Assembly (NCBI RefSeq): GCF_000020025.1
Contig: NC_010628.1
Span: 4,440,001 to 4,472,000 of the forward strand
Source: Nostoc punctiforme PCC 73102
GTDB lineage: Bacteria; Cyanobacteriota; Cyanobacteriia; Cyanobacteriales; Nostocaceae
Direction: 5' to 3'
DNA length: 32,000 nt
The notes beneath the pieces were generated by a model, which was not told the DNA's origin, ran no database searches, and worked only from the letters and a program-made list of their open reading frames with translations. Position numbers and translations under genes: made by a program. Position 1 is the first letter of the stretch; the number at the start of each line of letters is the position of its first letter. Below are positions 1 through 6,872 of the stretch, one piece after another.

Positions 1-35
1 TAAATTACACATTAAAGTCTTAAAGGAGATTGTCG

Positions 36-815
36 ATGCAGCTTCTCGAATGCCCTCCTGTTGCAGTCATTGCTGGAGAAAATGCGGTTCACGTTTCTCA
101 ACTACCTTCTATATGGCAAGACATTGCTAGAGGAAGCACGAGTGTCGGACTTTCTCATCCCCAAAGCTATGTTGAGATGGCACAGTTGTTCCTGTATAAA
201 TTAGAGTATGGCGATGTTGATTTGTTTAGCGATCGCCCCCAACTAGCTCACTTGATACCATCATTCTCCCAGCTATTTACACAACTAGCATGGGAAACCC
301 TAGAATTTTTTGGGCAAGACTTTCTCAAAGACAGCTATCCAAACTTTGCAAAAATTCTCCGTGATGTGGAGTCAAAGGGGACAGAATATGCTGATGAAGT
401 AAAAGTGGCTCACATTGGCATAGATTTATTCAACGAGTTTGGTTATGAACTACCTGCCAGCTTTTATCATGTGCATCTAGCACCAATTTACCGCGAGCAT
501 GTTTTTGAAGAACGCGCCTTAAGATTTGATCGGCGCGATATTGAACACAAACGTGCTTGGGATGCCATACTCCATGCAGGTAAGGTGTTTGCGATTCAGA
601 TGAAGGTGCAAAGTATTGCTTCTAAATACGGTTTTACTTATCAACACGGCTGTGGTTGTAACTCTCACTTATCTTCCATTGATGTATCTAGTGGCGCGTT
701 TGAATATGAATTGAGTCCCGAAAAGCGCCAGCGATGGATTCGCAGTTTCATTTGGACTGCTTGGTATGAGTATGCCTTTTTTGCGATCGTCCCAAATACG
801 AGTTATTTAGTCTAA
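36..815 (+). CDS. conserved hypothetical protein, family not recognised
   Basis: Long ORF (the track starts it at TTG 30). ATG at 36 lies 7 nt after AAGGAG (23-28), so 36 is the likelier start. I can assign no diagnostic motif; there is a Cys/His cluster HGCGCNSH near the C-terminus. Confidence 0.55.
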   Translation: MQLLECPPVAVIAGENAVHVSQLPSIWQDIARGSTSVGLSHPQSYVEMAQLFLYKLEYGDVDLFSDRPQLAHLIPSFSQLFTQLAWETLEFFGQDFLKDSYPNFAKILRDVESKGTEYADEVKVAHIGIDLFNEFGYELPASFYHVHLAPIYREHVFEERALRFDRRDIEHKRAWDAILHAGKVFAIQMKVQSIASKYGFTYQHGCGCNSHLSSIDVSSGAFEYELSPEKRQRWIRSFIWTAWYEYAFFAIVPNTSYLV

Positions 816-853
816 TACCCATTTGCAAAAAGAATGCGAGAAATAGACCATTT

Positions 854-881
854 GTAGAGACGCGATGAATCGCGTCTTTAC
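854..881. repeat. small dispersed hairpin repeat (AGACGCGA-TGAA-TCGCGTCT core); possible bidirectional terminator between convergent genes
   Basis: 8-bp perfect stem at 858-865/870-877, extendable to about 12 bp (854-881). A near-identical hairpin recurs at 21859-21878. It lies between the stop of the 36..815 ORF and the stop of ctaE. Confidence 0.7.
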
Positions 882-949
882 CCAAGGATGTGTTGCAATC
901 ATTAATTGAATTGAATGAACAGAGGGAGAAATTACTCCCTCATTCTCAT

Positions 950-1630
950 TTACTGCCAAACGTAGATGAGGATAAACAAAATAATCCAGATAACATCGAC
1001 GAAGTGCCAGAACAACGAAGTCGCGTTCACGCCGAAGTGTCCTGTGTCGTAGTTGCCAGGGATGAAAGAACGTACCAAAATAATCGACTGCAACAGAATG
1101 CCGGTGAAAACGTGCAAACCGTGGAAACCTGTTAGCAGGTAAAATGTTCCGCCAAATACCCCTGTGGTGAAGCCAAAATCGAGGCCGTTCCATTCAATCG
1201 CTTGCCCAACCAAAAAGTAAGTTCCCATCGCCATTGTTGTCAAGAGAAACAGGCGAAATTTCACTAAATCATGGCGTTGCAGGGCGCGTTCGGCTAAGTA
1301 AATTACAAAGCTACTAGCGACAAGAATTACTGTGTTGATTGCCGGTTCTTTTACTTCTAACCCGGAAACACCAACTGGTAGCCAGTTAGGAGTTGTTGTT
1401 TTGTAGATTGCATATCCGGCGAAAAAGCTCAAGAAAATGACGCTTTCAGACAGTAGAAAGACAATGAAGCCAAACATCTTGTTGCCTTCTTCGTCGTGCG
1501 TATGTTCTGCGGCTGCGTGGTGCAATTCATCTAAATTGATATAACTGTCCATTGGTGGAGTTTTGCTTTTAGCTTGAGGGTTGAATTTAAAACGCAAAGG
1601 AGACATAGTTCGTTGCGCTACGGTGTACAC
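950..1630 (-). CDS. ctaE: cytochrome c oxidase-type terminal oxidase subunit III
   Basis: Heme-copper oxidase subunit III signature (FGFIVFLLSESVIFLSFF ... LTGFHGLHVFTGI ... WHFVDVIWI) with multiple TM helices. Last gene after ctaC-ctaD. Start is uncertain: GTG 1630, ATG 1606 or ATG 1552. Confidence 0.9.
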   Translation of the reverse strand: MYTVAQRTMSPLRFKFNPQAKSKTPPMDSYINLDELHHAAAEHTHDEEGNKMFGFIVFLLSESVIFLSFFAGYAIYKTTTPNWLPVGVSGLEVKEPAINTVILVASSFVIYLAERALQRHDLVKFRLFLLTTMAMGTYFLVGQAIEWNGLDFGFTTGVFGGTFYLLTGFHGLHVFTGILLQSIILVRSFIPGNYDTGHFGVNATSLFWHFVDVIWIILFILIYVWQ

Positions 1631-1654
1631 ACAAGTCTTTTGACCTTACCTTTA

Positions 1655-1738
1655 TTGCATCAACTTGCAAGTTTGTTGCATTGACTTGCAAGTTTGTTGT
1701 ATCGACTTGCAAGTTTGTTGCATCGACCTGCAAAAATT
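1655..1738. repeat. 4 x 21-bp tandem repeat in the ctaD-ctaE spacer; three copies carry the perfect 10-bp palindrome ACTTGCAAGT
   Basis: Units at 1655-1675, 1676-1696, 1697-1717 and a degenerate 1718-1738. Palindromes at 1663-1672, 1684-1693 and 1705-1714, exactly 21 bp apart. Confidence 0.9.
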
Positions 1739-1800
1739 AACTTACCCTAAGTTACGGAGTAACCTAAAAGATTTGTGTGTATACGGTAGGATAGCCTGGG

Positions 1801-3462
1801 TTATTCTGAGAGGTTAGCTGTCAAGGGTTCCGATTTACCGTAGCCATAGGGTTCAGAGATGATGATGGGAGTTTCTTCAAAGTTTTCTACTGGGGGGGGT
1901 GAAGAAACCATCCACTCTAGTCCGATCGCTCGCCAAGGGTTAGCGGGTGCTTTCTCGCCTTGCATCCAAGAAATCACCATGTTGAATATGAAGGGTAAGG
2001 TGGACATTCCTAAGAGGAATCCGCCCAAACTAGCGATGATATTCCAGAATTGATACTCTGGGGCGTAGGAAGCAACTCGGCGTAACATGCCTTGCAATCC
2101 CAAGGGGTGCATAGGTAAAAAGTTGAGGTTAGTACCGATGAAGGCTAACCAGAAGTGAATTTTACCCCAGCTTTCAGAGTACATGCGCCCGGTCATTTTG
2201 GGGAACCAGTGATAAATGGCAGCATACAAGCCCATTGTCACCGTACCGTAGAGGACATAGTGGAAGTGTCCCACTACAAAGTAAGTATTATTAACGTGGA
2301 CATCAACGGGCACTGAGGAAAGCATGATGCCTGTGATGCCAGCGAAGACAAACATGATTAATCCACCCAAAGCAAACAGCATGGGGGTATTTAACCGCAG
2401 TTTACCGCCCCAAATAGTTGCTACCCAAGCAAATACTTTAATTCCTGTGGGGACAGATACAAACATCGTCGTCAGCATGAAAATCAACCGCATCCAGCTG
2501 GGTGTACCACTGACATACATGTGGTGTACCCAAACAATACCGCTAACTACTGCAATCAAGATGGATGAAACGGCAACTACTTTGTAACCAAATAAGGGTT
2601 TACGTGAATAAACTGGAAAGATTTCCGAGAAAATGCCGAAGATGGGCAAAATAATCACGTAAACGGCGGGGTGGGAGTAGAACCAGAAATAATGCTCAAA
2701 CATTACTGGATTACCACCCTTGGCGGGGTCGAAAAAGGCAGTGCCTGCTGTGAGATCGAGTAGCAGCATTACCGCACCAGCTGTCAATGCAGGTAGTCCG
2801 AAGAGTTGAATAATCTGGGCGCTAAATACTGCCCAGACAAACAAGGGCATTTTGAAAAAGCCCATTCCTGGGGCCCGCATCTTCACAATTGTGGTGACAA
2901 AGTTCACTGCCCCCATAATTGAGGATACGCCGGATATTGCCACCGCTAAGAGCCAGAGAACTTGACCATTAATCAAGTTACCTGTGGGATTCTGAAGACT
3001 GACTGGCGGATAAGACCACCAACCGGCCTGGGCTGGGCCACCAGGGACAAAGAAGCTACCCATCATGATAATTCCGACTACTGGCACCATCCAAAAGGCG
3101 ACGGCGTTGAGGCGGGGAAATGCCATATCTCGCGCCCCAATCATCAGGGGTACTAAATAGTTGGCAAAACCAACCAGTGAGGGAAATGTCCACAAAAACA
3201 GCATCACAGTGCCGTGCATGGTGAACATACCGTTGTAGACGGTGCGATCTACTAAATCTGATTCGGGTGTCATCAGTTCTCCCCGCATCACCATCGCAAA
3301 GATACCGCCGATGAGAAAGAAGAAAAATGAGGTAACAAGATACTGGATACCAATTACCTTGTGGTCAGTACTAAAGCTGAAGTATTCTTTCCAGCTAGTT
3401 GGAGATTCGTGGTTATGCTTCTCATTAGGGAGAAGAATACCTTCAATAGGAACATTAGTCAT
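1801..3462 (-). CDS. ctaD: heme-copper terminal oxidase subunit I
   Basis: 553 aa, 12-TM type with canonical subunit I motifs (WFYSHPAVYVIILP, VWVHHMY, GHFHYVL). Confidence 0.97.
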   Translation of the reverse strand: MTNVPIEGILLPNEKHNHESPTSWKEYFSFSTDHKVIGIQYLVTSFFFFLIGGIFAMVMRGELMTPESDLVDRTVYNGMFTMHGTVMLFLWTFPSLVGFANYLVPLMIGARDMAFPRLNAVAFWMVPVVGIIMMGSFFVPGGPAQAGWWSYPPVSLQNPTGNLINGQVLWLLAVAISGVSSIMGAVNFVTTIVKMRAPGMGFFKMPLFVWAVFSAQIIQLFGLPALTAGAVMLLLDLTAGTAFFDPAKGGNPVMFEHYFWFYSHPAVYVIILPIFGIFSEIFPVYSRKPLFGYKVVAVSSILIAVVSGIVWVHHMYVSGTPSWMRLIFMLTTMFVSVPTGIKVFAWVATIWGGKLRLNTPMLFALGGLIMFVFAGITGIMLSSVPVDVHVNNTYFVVGHFHYVLYGTVTMGLYAAIYHWFPKMTGRMYSESWGKIHFWLAFIGTNLNFLPMHPLGLQGMLRRVASYAPEYQFWNIIASLGGFLLGMSTLPFIFNMVISWMQGEKAPANPWRAIGLEWMVSSPPPVENFEETPIIISEPYGYGKSEPLTANLSE

Positions 3463-3475
3463 GGTTACTTTCCTT

Positions 3476-4408
3476 TCAACCAGGTGAATTGACTAGAGGA
3501 GGTGCAGCAGGTGGAACTGTAACCCAACCAGTTTGGACTGATTGATTGGATGTTTGGGCATACTCAGAAGCCGCCTGATTTTTTGCTATGGATGGCTTTT
3601 GGGTTGCAGCTTGTGCTAGCCACTGCTGATAATCTTCAGGAGATTCGACAACTACATTCGCCTGCATCGTCGCAAAGTATGTACCGCTATATTGAGAATC
3701 GGTCAATCGGTATTTACCAGGGCGGATGGGAGTAAATTCAAAGTCGATCGCATGGTTGGGAATAATATCCTGCTTGAGGCGAAATGCAGGTATATAAAAG
3801 CCGTGGAGAACGTCTTGCGATTTCAATGCTAAACGTATCCGGCGATCGCTAGGTAAATGCAATTCGGTACTGGTAATATCTCTTTCTGGGTAATGAAAAA
3901 CCCACGCCCACTGTTTAGCTAGTACGTCGATTTTTTCTACAGGTTCCGCTAAAGCATTAGCTGGCGAATCTTTTGGTTCTGCATAAGCCGATTCCATTCC
4001 CAATGGATTATGCAGGTGAACTATTTCCGATGGGCCTTGAATCCCCATTTGTTCGTAAACTTGGTAGCTGTAGCCCGCAATCCACAAAACTAACAGAATT
4101 GGAATTGCTGTCCAGACAACTTCTAAGGTGATATTACCTTCAATTGGGGGGCCGTCGGTGAAGTCATCTTTGATTGCTCGATGGAAGATCACAGAATACA
4201 TTAAAGTACTTGTTACTCCCAAGAAGATGAAAGAACCGAGGGTTACTAAGAAGCTAATCAAATCATCAATTAGTAGGGATTCGGCTGCTGCTTGGGGGGG
4301 AAGCCAGGAGTAAGCCTGCTGCCCGATCCAGAGACTTGTAACAGTCACTGCGATCGCGCCTGTAAGCAGCGTCAAAATATTTAAAATCTTCTGGATTTTC
4401 ATGGTCAC
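3476..4408 (-). CDS. ctaC: terminal oxidase subunit II lacking the CuA centre (ARTO / quinol-oxidase-like CtaCII type)
   Basis: Two N-terminal TM helices plus a cupredoxin-like domain (DVLHGFYIPAFRLKQDIIP). Where CuA oxidases have C-x-E-x-C-G-x2-H-x2-M, this protein reads D-S-Q-Y-S-G-T-Y-F-A-T-M, so both Cys and the His are absent. Its stop is 13 nt before the ctaD start. Confidence 0.92.
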   Translation of the reverse strand: MTMKIQKILNILTLLTGAIAVTVTSLWIGQQAYSWLPPQAAAESLLIDDLISFLVTLGSFIFLGVTSTLMYSVIFHRAIKDDFTDGPPIEGNITLEVVWTAIPILLVLWIAGYSYQVYEQMGIQGPSEIVHLHNPLGMESAYAEPKDSPANALAEPVEKIDVLAKQWAWVFHYPERDITSTELHLPSDRRIRLALKSQDVLHGFYIPAFRLKQDIIPNHAIDFEFTPIRPGKYRLTDSQYSGTYFATMQANVVVESPEDYQQWLAQAATQKPSIAKNQAASEYAQTSNQSVQTGWVTVPPAAPPLVNSPG

Positions 4409-4431
4409 TTGTACTGAGCGAAGTCGAAGTA

Positions 4432-4508
4432 TTGGTCATTAGTCATTGGTCGTTAGTCATTGGTCATTGGTCATTGGTCATTGGTCATTAGTCAGTGGTC
4501 ATTGGTTA
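4432..4508. repeat. STRR-type heptamer tandem repeat (TTGGTCA)n, 11 units
   Basis: Units TTGGTCA/TTAGTCA/TTGGTCG etc. lie head to tail from 4432. It sits in the intercistronic spacer between the second DUF2231-like gene and ctaC. An inverted degenerate partner (CAAATGA CAAAGGA CAATTGA CAAATGA) follows at about 4520-4547. Confidence 0.9.
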
Positions 4509-4547
4509 GTAACTTTAAACAAATGACAAAGGACAATTGACAAATGA

Positions 4548-5165
4548 CTATTTGAGTATTGTGTTTAGGTCTTGGTGCGATCGCAGCAAATTATCTGCTG
4601 TATTGTGTACGCCAAACTCGGCAGCCATTTGCGCCCCTAGTGTCCCGTGGACGTACAGAATGAACATGATTGCTATGCCTGCTAACAGATAGATCCATTG
4701 CACTTCTCTATCTGTCTGTTTATATTCTTGTTTGGCCCAAACGAAGCGCTGCCATGCTCTCCAGATGGTCAAGACAACAATCAGCGCTAATAAGAACACA
4801 CCACCTACACCATGCCAAAGCATAGTTTCCATTGCCTGCAATCCCCAGGCGCTTTTTATATCAGCTGGTGGTGTTGCCAATAGCATTTCATAAAAGCCTG
4901 CTGCCACTGTGAAAAATGTGATGATGCTGGCAGCTAGCATGTTGTACCAGCCAACATCAAATAAGTTGGAACGTTCCACAGTAATTGCTAAAAATTTGAA
5001 GACCCATTTTTCAAAGGGGAACAGAACACCGACAATATCAAAGGTCATTCCAATGATGAACAAACCTATTGTCAGATGGACTAAGTTGGGATGAATGGGA
5101 ATTGTGTAAGGTAATCCGTTTGCGCCTAAAGAGCCGCTCAATTGATCGATTAATTCTGAGTTCAT
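4548..5165 (-). CDS. DUF2231-like integral membrane protein (paralog 2), co-operonic with the oxidase genes
   Basis: Preferred start is ATG at 5165 (MNSELIDQ...), not the track start at 5225. ATG 5165-5163 overlaps the upstream TGA 5164-5162 as ATGA. N-terminal motif IHPNLVHLTIGLFI and about 4 TM helices. Confidence 0.75.
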   Translation of the reverse strand: MNSELIDQLSGSLGANGLPYTIPIHPNLVHLTIGLFIIGMTFDIVGVLFPFEKWVFKFLAITVERSNLFDVGWYNMLAASIITFFTVAAGFYEMLLATPPADIKSAWGLQAMETMLWHGVGGVFLLALIVVLTIWRAWQRFVWAKQEYKQTDREVQWIYLLAGIAIMFILYVHGTLGAQMAAEFGVHNTADNLLRSHQDLNTILK

Positions 5166-5662
5166 CGCAACAGACCATCCTTTACTGCTTCCACAACTGG
5201 CACTGTATGCAATCCATACACCCAAACAAGTTCATCTCCGAGATATACTTGCAAGCCAACTATCAGGGTCAAAATTAACCCGGCTCCCAAATAATAAATT
5301 GATATTTTTTGTGGGTTACGGGCACGAATTACATAGCGCCAAGCTGTAATCGCGGTGATGATTCCTGAAAGCGACCAACCAATTAGCGTATGCAAATTTA
5401 GTACCGATTTAGCGAGGCTATAAGGTTGTGCTAAACCCGCTTCAAACTGACCAAAAAGGATCGCCACGAAGATAGCGATCGTGGCAACTAACATGTTCCA
5501 CCAACTCACCTCAAAAAGACTGGATTTACCAGTAAAATAGCCAACTACGTCACAGAAAAAGGAAAACAACACCATCGCAATTACAAAGTGGACAACGATG
5601 GGATGAATCGTATCTGGATAGGGTAAATTGTGGTCGTTCAATGATGTAAAATACTCAAGCAT
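5162..5662 (-). CDS. DUF2231-like integral membrane protein (paralog 1), first gene of the oxidase operon
   Basis: 166 aa. Motif IHPIVVHFVIAMVLF and about 4 TM helices. Same layout as the downstream paralog; ATGA overlap implies translational coupling. Confidence 0.75.
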   Translation of the reverse strand: MLEYFTSLNDHNLPYPDTIHPIVVHFVIAMVLFSFFCDVVGYFTGKSSLFEVSWWNMLVATIAIFVAILFGQFEAGLAQPYSLAKSVLNLHTLIGWSLSGIITAITAWRYVIRARNPQKISIYYLGAGLILTLIVGLQVYLGDELVWVYGLHTVPVVEAVKDGLLR

Positions 5663-6295
5663 TGTCTTCTCCTGGACATATCTACCGCACTGTGGTCAAA
5701 CTTCCATGATTGATAGATACTTACTAATATCACCACAAGTATCCATCGATAATTGACCGGAATATGTTCAATATGTGCGCGGTGCAATACGCTTAATCAT
5801 GTCTTAGCTTTTTGCAGCTAAATCTAATGAGCTTGCCGACAGGGAATAATTTTGATTGCGATTAACTTCCTCATGCCAATAGTCTGCAACAGCAATTCTT
5901 GATGGAGCTAAACTAAATCGCTGCTGTTTATTGATTTGCTTAACCTATCCTTTAGCTTAAGTAAATTTTTATGAATTGTCAAAACAATAATAATTAAAAT
6001 TTTAAAAGTTCGTTATTTAGCAAAAAAGTATTTTTATAATGTAGCGATTCTGGCATTGATAAATATTTTAAAAACCCTCAATGTTAATATTTTTCTGTTA
6101 AGTATTTCACAATGATAAAATCTTTAATTGTAATATCGATGACAAAAATATATAATAATTTTGATTAGTTGGTATAAATACGAATCAAGGTAAGTTAGTA
6201 TTTGTGGTTTACGGGAGAAAGCTGAAAAGATTTTATGAGCCATAAAGTCACACTAAGATTGAAACTCGCATTCTACAAATGTGAGGACGAAACAA

Positions 6296-6868
6296 GTGTC
6301 GTTTAAAATTGTGGTGATTGGTACTTCTTTAGGCGGATTATCAGCATTAAAAATTATTCTGGGGAAGTTACCAGCAGACTTCATAGTGCCGATCGCGATC
6401 GTGCAACACCGTCACAAGGAATCTAACAGCACACTCCAGGAATTATTGCAAGAGTCTACTTCACTGCCGATTCGAGAAGTGGAAGACAAAGACGAAATAC
6501 TACCAGGACATATCTACATAGCTCCAGCAGATTATCACTTACTGGTTGAACCAGGTCACTTTGCTCTTTCGACTGATGAGCCAGTTTCTTATGCCAGACC
6601 ATCTATTGATGTGTTGTTTGAGTCAGCAGCCGATGTCTACACTGAGCAAGTTATTGGTGTAATATTGACAGGAGCAAATCAAGATGGTATGCAAGGTCTT
6701 AAGAAAATAAAAGCGCGGGGAGGAATAACTATCGTACAGGACCCTACTACAGCTGAGAGCGATATTATGCCAGAAGCAGCAATTTCTGCTGTTACAGTAG
6801 ACTGGATTTTGACACTCTCAAACATAGCTTCCCAAATGGTCAAGCTCTGTCACTCATCACGGAAATAA
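6296..6868 (+). CDS. CheB-like protein-glutamate methylesterase, catalytic domain only (no receiver domain)
   Basis: Motifs IVVIGTSLGGLSAL (Ser), IVQHR (His), GANQDGMQGL (Asp). The track starts it at GTG 6281, but GTG 6296 lies 8 nt after GAGGA (6283-6287). It ends 4 nt before the next gene. Confidence 0.85.
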   Translation: MSFKIVVIGTSLGGLSALKIILGKLPADFIVPIAIVQHRHKESNSTLQELLQESTSLPIREVEDKDEILPGHIYIAPADYHLLVEPGHFALSTDEPVSYARPSIDVLFESAADVYTEQVIGVILTGANQDGMQGLKKIKARGGITIVQDPTTAESDIMPEAAISAVTVDWILTLSNIASQMVKLCHSSRK

Positions 6869-6872
6869 ACCC

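Noticed and set aside
807-3487. Plus- and minus-strand ORFs overlapping the oxidase genes (807..1193, 890..1135, 1859..2053, 2324..2587, 2962..3156, 3242..3487, and similar ones inside other large genes)
   Set aside because: These are shadow ORFs antisense to, or out of frame with, strongly supported genes. Their sequences are low-complexity mirror images of membrane-protein codons.
5756-5761. TCCGGT (a one-mismatch DIF+-like motif on the minus strand) about 95 nt upstream of the oxidase operon, as a possible heterocyst-specific promoter
   Set aside because: A single-mismatch hexamer is expected by chance. No -10-like element follows at the 16-17 nt spacing seen in the sRNA units (the sequence there is TTGTGG). 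It is worth remembering only if TSS data place a start near 5725.
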